Below are positions 48,673-58,500 of a DNA stretch of 64,000 nucleotides, piece after piece. The notes beneath the pieces were generated by a model. That model made no database searches and had not been told where the DNA came from. It saw nothing but the letters and a program-made list of their open reading frames with translations. Both the position numbers and the translations under genes were made by a program. The DNA is taken from IMG/VR virus record IMGVR_UViG_3300043567_001092; one strand, 5' to 3'. Position 1 is the stretch's first letter, and each line of letters opens with the position of its first letter. This DNA is from an uncultured virus (IMG/VR IMGVR_UViG_3300043567_001092) (Duplodnaviria; Heunggongvirae; Uroviricota; Caudoviricetes).

Positions 48673-50823
48673 TTAGTTGCCAATTCTGTCTACAGTAACA
48701 TAATTCTCTGTAGACGAGCCAGTTGTGCTTCTTGTTGCTCCAGAGGTTTGTTTAGCCGTTATGCGGCAACCTTCTCCTGCTAAAAGTCTAATTGTAACAG
48801 TTCCAGATATTCCAGGAAAAGAATTACCTGTTCCAAAAGTATCAATCCTAGACATTTTAGTATCTACAGTCGATGACCCACTAATAGCTATTTTTTCAAG
48901 ACTCATATCCATAGAAAATGCCACTGTATTTGCTAAAGTAACATTTATAATAATACCAGATGAAATTTGATAAATACCAGAAACGGGGGCTACGAATTTC
49001 CATCCGCCGACTGTAGGAGTCACAGCTGAATGGGTATCCCAAGATTTCTGTGCAAAATCAATTCTTGTAGCTATATCATTAGTCATGGATGAAGCAGAAT
49101 TAGAAACATATTTAGCACTTACAGTCTCAGTCGCAGCTATAGTAGCTGGACCTGAAAGTCTTTGGATTTCAAGATGTGACCAAGCAGCAGTTACGGAACC
49201 AGGTTCTAATACAGCAGCGCCTGAATTTTGCCATATTTGAACTTGAATTAAATCTCCAGCAACAAAATTTTGGATAGCGCTTGCATTGATATTTGCTCCG
49301 CTTGTCGTTGTTCCATCATTTGCACCATTACCAATAGATGCACCATTTTTTGAAATCAAAACTTGTTTAGAACCATTAGAAGGACCAAAGAAAAAGCCAC
49401 AGCTAATTGAGTAAGTGCCAGACACAGGTACAACGTAAGCTGGAGCAGTTGTCCAACTTCCAGCACTGTAACCTACACCTGAACGCCAAGCTGAGTGTGT
49501 ATCAACATACGCAGATGTGAAATCAACATAAGTGTATGTTGTGTTCGGCACACTGATTTGAGCGCCAGAAGCTCTAGATAAAGCCACCACACGCGTGTCA
49601 GTATCAGCACTCATCACAGAGTTTGATGACCAGCCGACGATTGGTAACTCAAAACTAAAATCAATTATATCGCCAGAATTATAAGTAAAAGGAGTTGTGT
49701 TAGAAATCGCCGTTTGAACAGCAGGATCGGCACTAGATCCAGCGTCAGAAGTATTTGTAACCGTAGATACTAATTCAATTTTTGCCGATGACTTCACATA
49801 TCTAACAACGCCTAAATAATTATTTACACCTGTGTCGCCAAACCTAACAATTCCACAAAATATTTGATTTGACGATGCAATTGCAGAATCATTAACAGAA
49901 AATCCACTCGGCAAAGATACATATAGTGTTGTAAATGCGGCACTTGCTGCACTAAATGTTATTTGTCCATTAACTTTAATATTTTGCCCGACCTGCATCC
50001 AATATGCTGAAGTAGTAGTGTTAGTAATAGATCCCGTAGCTGTAGATAAAGTCGGCGTATATAATTTTGCATCACTCATTGCTGGACCGTAAGACACGCT
50101 TTGTGGACCGAAGTAGAAACTATCCCATAACATTGCAACAGCACCACTTGTATTAGCAGTAATACAGATGATAGCAACTCTTACAGTAGTAGCGTTACTT
50201 GGAGTTTGGAATGTAGCAGTACATTTTCCTACTCCGCTTCCTTGTACCATGTTGTAAACGCCAGCCGGTTGAATCCAAGCTGAGTTTGCGTTATCATAGA
50301 TATAAACTGCCCAAGTATTTGAACTTGTCCCAGAAAAGTTCATCAAAGAACTTCCAGTAGTTGCAGAGTAAGAGAAACTTACTTGCATTACTTTAGCTTT
50401 ATCTTCAGGAGCAACAGTCATGTTGTTAGAGATAAAACCGTGGCCAGCAGTGATAGTGCCAGATCCGATAGCAGTTTGTAAACTATATCCACCAGCTAAT
50501 GCGCCAGAAGAAGTAGTGTTAAAAGTAGTAATAGAAGCAGCACCTGCAGTGATTGCTCCAGTAGGGATTTTGCTAGTCAATGTAGTATTGAATAATGAGA
50601 ACATTCCTGTTCCATTGCTTTCAAAACCAGCACCAGCAAGGTAATTTTTACCTAAAGCTGGTTCGTTAACTAATTGCCAATAACCAGAAGCTAAATCTGA
50701 TTCAAATACACTTGCAGTGTGAAATGCAATACAAGTGTACATGTTTTTCCCATATTTTGTTGTGTCATTTACTCCGTAAACGATGCCAGCGGCCCATTTA
50801 CTTGTGTCTGGTGTAAAACTCAT
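48673..50823 (-). CDS. Fibre/adhesin with CBM5/12-like N-terminus and two C1q-like domains
   Basis: WAAGIVYGVND...YTCIAFHT...WQ; YVVPVSGTY...AGDLIQV and FVAPVSGIY...LLAGE. Confidence 0.7.
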   Translation of the reverse strand: MSFTPDTSKWAAGIVYGVNDTTKYGKNMYTCIAFHTASVFESDLASGYWQLVNEPALGKNYLAGAGFESNGTGMFSLFNTTLTSKIPTGAITAGAASITTFNTTSSGALAGGYSLQTAIGSGTITAGHGFISNNMTVAPEDKAKVMQVSFSYSATTGSSLMNFSGTSSNTWAVYIYDNANSAWIQPAGVYNMVQGSGVGKCTATFQTPSNATTVRVAIICITANTSGAVAMLWDSFYFGPQSVSYGPAMSDAKLYTPTLSTATGSITNTTTSAYWMQVGQNIKVNGQITFSAASAAFTTLYVSLPSGFSVNDSAIASSNQIFCGIVRFGDTGVNNYLGVVRYVKSSAKIELVSTVTNTSDAGSSADPAVQTAISNTTPFTYNSGDIIDFSFELPIVGWSSNSVMSADTDTRVVALSRASGAQISVPNTTYTYVDFTSAYVDTHSAWRSGVGYSAGSWTTAPAYVVPVSGTYSISCGFFFGPSNGSKQVLISKNGASIGNGANDGTTTSGANINASAIQNFVAGDLIQVQIWQNSGAAVLEPGSVTAAWSHLEIQRLSGPATIAATETVSAKYVSNSASSMTNDIATRIDFAQKSWDTHSAVTPTVGGWKFVAPVSGIYQISSGIIINVTLANTVAFSMDMSLEKIAISGSSTVDTKMSRIDTFGTGNSFPGISGTVTIRLLAGEGCRITAKQTSGATRSTTGSSTENYVTVDRIGN

Positions 50824-50833
50824 AAAAATCTCC

Positions 50834-52276
50834 TTAAATTAAAAACCAGTTAGCCCCGTCAGAGACAAGGGTAATATTTTGATATTGTGTTGTAATAACT
50901 TTGCTAGTAGCGCCATCAATTGTTTGTGCAGCAACAGCAGAAACAGTGATTGCGTTTGCAGTAGCGTCTGTTTTTTTGATGTCTAATTTTTTACCAGTGT
51001 AGCCTACAGCAGTTGGTAAAGTAATAGTAATCGCATTAGCAGCGCCAGAAGCTAAGATAACTCCGTTAGATGCAGTAGCTGTGTAAGTAGCAGCAGTTAC
51101 AGTATCAACAGCAACATTTGAACTTGCGCCAGCAACAGCAGAATCTACATAAGCAGTAGTAGCTTTTCCAGCAACAGCAGCAGTAATAGCAGCATCACGT
51201 GCAGAAGCTTCAGCAGCTACAGCAGTAGTGATTTCACTAAAAGCAGCATTAACAGCAATTTGACGAGAAGAAACTTCAGCATCAACGAGGTTGTAAGTAT
51301 ATGTATGGGCAGTGTTAATAGCATAAGCGCCCATTTCATCAACATAAGTTTTAACAATATATGAAGATGGAACTTTTGCGATTGATGGACTAGGGCCCCC
51401 AGTTAAAGTAAAGGCAACATTGTCTAAATAAGATAAAGGCATTTTAGAACTAGCTAAGCTAGTAATAGCATTATTTAAATTAGTGTCAGCAGCTTCAAAC
51501 GCAGCAACAACTTCGCTCAATGAATCAAGAGAAGTAGGATCAATGTTAGAGAGAACATTGTCGATTTGGCTTTGTAAGCTAGCATCAGCAGCATCTACAT
51601 AAGCAGTAGTAGCTTTACCAGCAACAGCAGCGTCTGCATAAGCTTCAGTAGCTTTTCCAGCAACAGCAGCGTCTACATAAGCTTTAACAGCTTTTTGAGA
51701 AGCAACCTTAACATCTGAATTAGCAACAAAAGTACCATCAGTGTCTAAATAAGAAAGTGGCATTTGAGCAACATCAGAAACATTGCTTAAACTAACCATA
51801 GCTTTAGTTAATGCAGGCATTTGAGTTGATTCAAGTTTACCATCAGCATCTAAAGTAGCAATACCAAGAGCGATACCTTTTTCTGAAGAATCAACTTTAG
51901 CAGCTAAACCTGGAACAGTTGGGGCACTAGCAGTTCCGCCTAAATCACCAGCTAATTGGATTAATCCAAGTGCAGATGCAGTCGCTGGAGAAGCACTGCT
52001 TCCGCCACCGCTAGCTTGACCTGTGTAAGCTGTAGTTTGTTCAGAACCATCTGGGAATACTAGAGCGCCTTGTGCAGTGAAAACACTACCGCTAGAAGAA
52101 GAACTTCCGGCTAACTCTACCCATTGGTTTATTTTGTAAATTTTGACTTTACCATCTGTTGAATCATAATATATATCCCCATTAACTGGTTCAGTTGGGG
52201 CACTTGATTGTGGTTTTAATACTAAGCCTTTATTTAAATAAAGACTTGAACTAATACCAAGAAAACGACGTGACAT
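50834..52276 (-). CDS. Fibre protein (shared N-module, coiled stalk, C-terminal DGxxW domain)
   Basis: GDIYYD module; DPTSLDSLSEV; ITITLP...IKKTD...DGANWFLI. Confidence 0.75.
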   Translation of the reverse strand: MSRRFLGISSSLYLNKGLVLKPQSSAPTEPVNGDIYYDSTDGKVKIYKINQWVELAGSSSSSGSVFTAQGALVFPDGSEQTTAYTGQASGGGSSASPATASALGLIQLAGDLGGTASAPTVPGLAAKVDSSEKGIALGIATLDADGKLESTQMPALTKAMVSLSNVSDVAQMPLSYLDTDGTFVANSDVKVASQKAVKAYVDAAVAGKATEAYADAAVAGKATTAYVDAADASLQSQIDNVLSNIDPTSLDSLSEVVAAFEAADTNLNNAITSLASSKMPLSYLDNVAFTLTGGPSPSIAKVPSSYIVKTYVDEMGAYAINTAHTYTYNLVDAEVSSRQIAVNAAFSEITTAVAAEASARDAAITAAVAGKATTAYVDSAVAGASSNVAVDTVTAATYTATASNGVILASGAANAITITLPTAVGYTGKKLDIKKTDATANAITVSAVAAQTIDGATSKVITTQYQNITLVSDGANWFLI

Positions 52277-52368
52277 TTTATATCTCCTGTTTCATCGTAT
52301 GTTAATATCTGCGCAGTAAAATACTACGCAGTTTAGATTAAGCTAATCTTAACCTGTTTTGTAACTAT

Positions 52369-52713
52369 TTAAATAGTGACAGTTTTTTCAACTCCCACTA
52401 ATACTTCTAACCCAGACATAGACGTGTCTATTTGTGGGTTAATAATGCTCTCCTGCAATTCAAGCCATTGAACCGGAGCATGTCGTAAAATATATTGGTC
52501 AAGCTCTTCTCCAGTTGGAGATGGTGTTTGCCAAATATTAATGTTGTAATCTGTTCTGCAACTTTTTACAGTTCCATCATCATTTTTTTCAACTGTTCCA
52601 TCTGTATATTTAACAGATGACAGCATTTCCTCTGTTAATACATCAGTATAAAATCTGACTATTATAGAATGCTCTGTTGTATCTATTTGTAATATTTTGT
52701 ATTTAATGTTCAT
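52369..52713 (-). CDS. Putative fibre/adhesin accessory or chaperone
   Basis: 114 aa, AAGGAG RBS, directly after the Gly-rich adhesin; positional call. Confidence 0.45.
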   Translation of the reverse strand: MNIKYKILQIDTTEHSIIVRFYTDVLTEEMLSSVKYTDGTVEKNDDGTVKSCRTDYNINIWQTPSPTGEELDQYILRHAPVQWLELQESIINPQIDTSMSGLEVLVGVEKTVTI

Positions 52714-52724
52714 AAAATCTCCTT

Positions 52725-53801
52725 TTATACTTTCGTTCCATTAACTGTGCCTAAATTTAACCATGTTATATTAGAATCGTTTGATACACTGTATCCTCGC
52801 GATCCACTTGCTCCAGTAGCGCCATTGGTTCCGACCAATGTAGTGCCTTTTACGCCGCCAGCTGCTCCGAAACTATTTCCTACCCCAGGTGTAATAGCTA
52901 GGGTCCAAAATGTTCCTCCATCAGTTTTTGTAGAGTATCCACCAACAGTTCCGTTCTCTTCACGATTGCCGCCTCTTCCGCCATTACCATTAAAATAATT
53001 AGTATTAAAATTACTATAATCTCGGCTTCCGCCAGCACCATATGTAAATGAAGATCCGTTTCCGCCAATTAAATTATCTGTAATAGTAGGCTGATTCGCT
53101 GTAGATACGCTATATTGCCACCATCCTGAGTGACCTCCAAGTCCTCCAGTTGATCCGCTTCCGCCGCCTCCGCCGCCTCCGCTAATATAAGTTGTAGATC
53201 CTCCCCCAACAGGTCCATTTCTACCACATGCGCCTCCGCCGCCTCCGCCTCCGCCGCCGGGAGCTGTGGCACCAGTTCCGCCAGCACCGCCAATTCCGCC
53301 AGCTCCGCCAGTAATATTTCCATAATTTTTTAGACATGTAACAATTCTATTAGAATTAGTACCTAAAAATGCAATTCCGCCATCTCCTCCGGCATAACCG
53401 TTACCGCCGTTTGCAGAAAGACCAGATTGCGCAACTCCATTTCCACCAGAAGATCCTGCAGTTGGGCTAAAAGCAACACGGCTTGCATTCCAACCTCCGC
53501 CAATTCCACCAGCTCCACCAGCACCACTAGTGACAGAACCGTTACTTCCGGTACTACCAGTTCGTCCAGTTGCGCCAACAATTGTTCCACTGTTAAGTAT
53601 ATGTATCCATGACGCAGCATTCCAATCAGATCCGACTGTAAATGCTGGCGTACTTATATTCGATGCAGAAACAGTTCCAGTTACAGTTACGTGACAAGCA
53701 ACTGGCTCCTTTAAAGAACCTGCAGCAGTATATAAATTATAATCTGTCGCAGAAGCAACATTTACCACGACTGTTCGTGGTGGTAAAAACATGATAGCCA
53801 T
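52725..53801 (-). CDS. Glycine-rich adhesin, T-even gp38-like
   Basis: ILNSGTIVG...GGDGGIAF...KNYGNITGG, polyglycine runs separated by variable loops. Confidence 0.7.
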   Translation of the reverse strand: MAIMFLPPRTVVVNVASATDYNLYTAAGSLKEPVACHVTVTGTVSASNISTPAFTVGSDWNAASWIHILNSGTIVGATGRTGSTGSNGSVTSGAGGAGGIGGGWNASRVAFSPTAGSSGGNGVAQSGLSANGGNGYAGGDGGIAFLGTNSNRIVTCLKNYGNITGGAGGIGGAGGTGATAPGGGGGGGGGACGRNGPVGGGSTTYISGGGGGGGSGSTGGLGGHSGWWQYSVSTANQPTITDNLIGGNGSSFTYGAGGSRDYSNFNTNYFNGNGGRGGNREENGTVGGYSTKTDGGTFWTLAITPGVGNSFGAAGGVKGTTLVGTNGATGASGSRGYSVSNDSNITWLNLGTVNGTKV

Positions 53802-55444
53802 TACGCAATACCTCTTAAGTAACTTCCGATCAAAATAGATCCATCGTAATAAAAAGAGATCAAGTCTATGCTATTTGCAGAAGTTGATAAAACCGGAACT
53901 GCTCCTGCTGGCCATTTAAACATGCTATCCCAAGTAATCATTCTGCTACCAGTTGAATCTTGGATTACTTTTAATACATAAGTAGCGCCATTTTTAAGAT
54001 TAGTTGGATTTGCCATAGTAGTATTACCAGTTAAAGTAAGAACAGCTCCTCCACCATTATCTGCGTTCCAATTTGTAGTTGCACCAAAAGTTAAATTTTG
54101 AGTAGTCCAAGTTGGATTAGTCAAAGTTGGATTTGGAGTAGAAGATGCAGCAGGAGTTACCCAGCTAGCAGTTGTTCCGTCTGTTTGTAAAACTTTACCA
54201 GAATTAGATGTTTGAGCTGGCAATAATGCATTCAAAGCACCAGCGGCAGTAGTTTGTCCAGTACCACCAGCAGAAATAGCTAGCGTTCCAGTCAATGATG
54301 ATAAAGCAAGTCCAGTAACTGTTCCAGAAAAAGTTGGACTAGAAATAGTTGGACTTGTTAAAGTTTTGTTAGTTAATGTCGCAACTGCGCTATTTTTTGT
54401 AGCATCAGATGTATTGTCTACATTTCCTAAACCAACATCGCTAGCAGAAATTGTAATATTTGAACTTAATACGTGACCGTTTACAGTTGTAGTTTTAGCT
54501 ACTTTAGTATCAGCATAAACTTTAGTAGCTGCTTGAGAAGCAATTTTAATATCTGAATTGGCAGCAAAAGTTGAATCAGTATCTAAATAAGATAAAGGAA
54601 TTTTTGTACTAGCAGCTGTAGATGCAGAACTAGCTAAGCTAGTAATAGCATTATTTAAGTTACTATCAGCAGCTTCAAAAGCAGCAACAACTTCACTTAA
54701 AGAATCAAGAGAAGCAGGATCAGTATTAGAAATAATGTTTGTAATTTGAGTTTGTAAATCAGTAACAGAAGCTGTACGAGAAGTAGCTTCGGCAGCTACA
54801 GCAGCATCTACATAAGCTTCGGTAGTTTTACCAGCTACAGCATCGTCAACATAAATTTTAACAGCAGCTTGAGAAGCAACCTTAACATCTGAATTAGCAG
54901 CAAAAGTGCCGTCAACATCTAAATAAGAAAGTGGCATTTGAGCAACGTTATCAACATTACCAAGACCAACATCTTCTTTTGTTACTGTTGTAGTACCAGC
55001 AGATCCGCCCATTAAATTAATAGCAGCAATTTGAAGATCAACATAAGATTTAACAGCTTTTTGAGAAGGAACTTTAGCATCTGAATTATCAGCTAAATTA
55101 CTATTAGTATCTAAAAAATAAAGAGGCATTTGAGCAACATTAGATACATTACCCAATCCAACCATTGCAGCAGTAATACCAGAAACTGTACCAGTAAAAG
55201 TTGGAGAAGCAAGAGGAGCCTTTAAATCTAAACTAGAATAAATTCCATATAAATCTACAGATGAAGAAGTAGCTCCGAGATCGCTCCATGAACCGTTTTC
55301 ATATTTTTGGAATTTATTTAAAACACTATTGTAATACATATCACCATTCATAGCTGGTGACGGTGCAGTTGCCATTGGTTTAAACGTCAATCCATTAGAT
55401 AGATAGACATTTGAACTTAATGTAAGAAATCTACGTATAGCCAT
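53801..55444 (-). CDS. Tail fibre protein
   Basis: GDMYYN module, VGLGNVDN repeats, TLTNKTLTSPT, C-terminal LTLTGN...QDSTGSR...WPAG...DLISF domain. Confidence 0.8.
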   Translation of the reverse strand: MAIRRFLTLSSNVYLSNGLTFKPMATAPSPAMNGDMYYNSVLNKFQKYENGSWSDLGATSSSVDLYGIYSSLDLKAPLASPTFTGTVSGITAAMVGLGNVSNVAQMPLYFLDTNSNLADNSDAKVPSQKAVKSYVDLQIAAINLMGGSAGTTTVTKEDVGLGNVDNVAQMPLSYLDVDGTFAANSDVKVASQAAVKIYVDDAVAGKTTEAYVDAAVAAEATSRTASVTDLQTQITNIISNTDPASLDSLSEVVAAFEAADSNLNNAITSLASSASTAASTKIPLSYLDTDSTFAANSDIKIASQAATKVYADTKVAKTTTVNGHVLSSNITISASDVGLGNVDNTSDATKNSAVATLTNKTLTSPTISSPTFSGTVTGLALSSLTGTLAISAGGTGQTTAAGALNALLPAQTSNSGKVLQTDGTTASWVTPAASSTPNPTLTNPTWTTQNLTFGATTNWNADNGGGAVLTLTGNTTMANPTNLKNGATYVLKVIQDSTGSRMITWDSMFKWPAGAVPVLSTSANSIDLISFYYDGSILIGSYLRGIA

Positions 55445-55493
55445 TTCGTTTTCCTTTTTAATATCTTGCCTTTATTAGCAAGGTTGTATAATT

Positions 55494-55526
55494 ACAATAA
55501 AGGGACCGAAGAAAATCCTCGGTCCC
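55494..55526 (-). terminator. Probable intrinsic terminator
   Basis: GGGACCGA...TCGGTCCC stem followed by TTTATTGT on minus strand. Confidence 0.65.
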
Positions 55527-55551
55527 ACAATCTAACTATACAGTCAAATTA

Positions 55552-58500
55552 TTAAGCTTTAATTAGCTTAACGTCCATTCTTGCAACAGCAGTAGTAGCA
55601 CCGCTATCATAAGTAACGTTTATGTTTCCACCGCTAACTACAGCAGCAAAAGAGATTCCAGTAGCATCAGTCTCAACGCTCATATCATTGTATGATACCT
55701 CAGAACCGTTTGTAACTACGCGGAATGTTCCAATTACTACTTTACCAGCACTGTCTTTCATTTTGTAAGTAATCTCACAACCTTCAAAAGAAGCAGTACT
55801 GAAAGTTAAATCAGCGATAACTTCGCCAGTTTTTCCAGCAGCAAGGGCGATTGCATCAAAGTACTGTTCTTGAACGAGAGCGCCAGCAGCACCACGTTTA
55901 ACAGTTCCTCTGAACAATGGATCAGCAGCAACCATAGTATCAGCAACGATACCATCAGCGTTAACTTTCAATCCAGCACTAGATGTAGTTAAAGAACTTC
56001 CATCAAGTTTGATTGCAAGTTTATCGCCAGATCCACCTTGTAAACCACCGCTAGAAGACAATGCAGAAGCGTTGATGTGAGCTTCGTCAACAACAACAGA
56101 ATCAACATAACCTTTAGTAGCTGCATCAGAAGAAGCAGTTGGTGTAGCTAAGTTAGTAACTTTGTTTGCGCCCATATCAATAGCGCCAGACATTGTACCG
56201 CCAGCTAAATCAAGTTTAAGAGCAAGAGCATCTTCAACAAGAAGGCCGAGGTCGTCTTTAGCAGCATTTGAAGCGTCGATTTGGCTTTGTAAGCTAGCAT
56301 CAGCAGCAATACGTGCAGATTGCTCAGCAGCATCAGCAGCAATTCTTGCAGATTGCTCAGCATTTAAGCCAGTTTGTAAACTAGACTCAGCAGCAGTTGC
56401 TCTAGTAATTTCTGCATTTAATGCAGTAGAAGCAGCAGTAGAAAGAGTCGTAATAGCACTGTTTAAGTTACCATCAGCAGCTTGGAAAGCATTAACGATT
56501 TCAGTTAATGAATCAAGGGCAGCAGGGTCAGTGTTAGAAACAATACTATCAATTTGTGATTGTAAACCAGAAACTGCAGTTTGTCTTGAAGAAACTTCAG
56601 CAGCTAAATCAGCAGAGATAACTAAGTCAGCAGCTTCACGTGCAGATTGCTCAGCAGCGATTGCAGAAGTTAATACACCTTCAGCAGCAGTAGCTCTAGA
56701 AACCTCAGCGTTAATTGCTGTGTTAAGATTTGCATCAGCAGCAATACGTTGTGATTGTTCAAGTTGAGCAGCAGTCAATCTTAAAGATTGCTCAGCATCA
56801 ATAGCAGCTTGACGAGAAGTGATCTCAGCATTTAATGCATCTGTAAGAGCAGAATCAGCAGCAATACGTGCAGATTCTTCAGCAGAAACAGCAGCTTGTC
56901 TAGATGATACTTCAGCGTTTAATGCAGAAGTTAAAACTCCTTCAGCAGCAGTAGCTCTAGAAATCTCAGCAGCTAGATCAGAAGCAATGTTTGCTTCAGC
57001 AGCACTTGCTCTAGTTACTTCTGCGTTTAATGCGCTAGTAAGAGCAGCATCAGCAGCAATTCTTGCAGATTCTTCAGCAGCAACAGCAGCTTGTCTAGAT
57101 GATACTTCAGCAGCAACAGCAGCAGTAAGAACATCATCAGCAGCGATTCTAGCAGATTGCTCAGCAGAATCAGCAGCCATACGAGCAGATTGCTCTGCAT
57201 TGTCAGCAGCAATTCTTGCAGACTCTTCAGCAGCAACAGCAGCCATGCGAGCAGATTGCTCAGTAGCTACAGCAGCAGTAAGAACACCCTCAGCAGCACC
57301 AGCTCTAGCAATTTCAGCAGCTAAGCTGTTAGAAACAGCAGTAACAGCAGCTTGTCTAGAAGACATTTCAGCGGCATCAGCAGCAATACGTGCAGATTGT
57401 TCAGCAGCTAGATCGCTAGTAAGTTGAGCATCAGCAGCGATTCTAGCAGATTGCTCAGTAGCATCAGCAGCAATTCTTGCAGACTCTTCAGCAGCAACAG
57501 CAGCAACACGAGCAGAAGCTTCAGCAGCAACAGCGTTAGAAGCAGCTAACTCAGCAGCAGCAACAGCAGCTTGACGAGAAGAAACTTCAGCAGATAAATC
57601 AGCAGCAAGAGCAGCATCACCAGCAATACGAGCAGATTGCTCAGCAGCTAAGTTAGAAGCAGCAGAATCAGCTAAAGTAGTAATAGCGCCATTTAAGTTG
57701 CTATCAGCAGCTTGGAATGCACTAACAATTTCAGTTAATGAATCAAGAGCAGTAGGATCAACATTAGAAAGAACATTATCAATTTGAGCTTGTAAAGATT
57801 GCTCAGCAGAAGTAGCTCTAGAAACCTCAGCAGTGATTGCAGAAGTTAAAACACCTTCAGCAGCAGTAGCTCTAGAAACCTCAGCAGCTAAATCAGCAGT
57901 AAGTTGTGCATCAGCAGCAATTCTTGCAGATTGCTCAGCAGCGTCAGCAGCAATACGTGCAGATTGTTCTGCAGCCATTGCATTAGAAGCAGCTAACTCA
58001 GCAGCAGCTACAGCGTTTTGTCTAGAAGTAGCTTCAGCAGAAACTGCAGCTTGTCTAGATGACACTTCAGCATTTAATGCATCTGTAAGAGCAGAATCAG
58101 CAGCAATACGTGCAGATTGCTCAGTAGCATCAGCAGCAGTAAGAACAGCCTCAGCAGCCATTGCTCTAGATTGCTCAGCAGCCTCAGCAGCCATTGCTCT
58201 AGATTGTTCAGTGGCATCAGCAGCAATACGTGCAGAAGCTTCAGCATCTACAGCAGCAATACGTGCAGATTGTTCAAGAGCCTCAGCAGCCATTGCTCTA
58301 GATTGCTCAGCAGATACAGCAGCTTGACGTGAACTAACTTCAGCAGCTAGATCAGCAGTAAGAGTAGCATCAGCAGCAATACGAGCAGATTGCTCAGCAG
58401 CTAAATCAGCAGTAAGTTGAGCATCAGCAGCAATACGTGCAGATTGCTCAGCATTAATAGATACTGTAATACCTTGAGTAGTAGACTGTTGTAATGTAGT

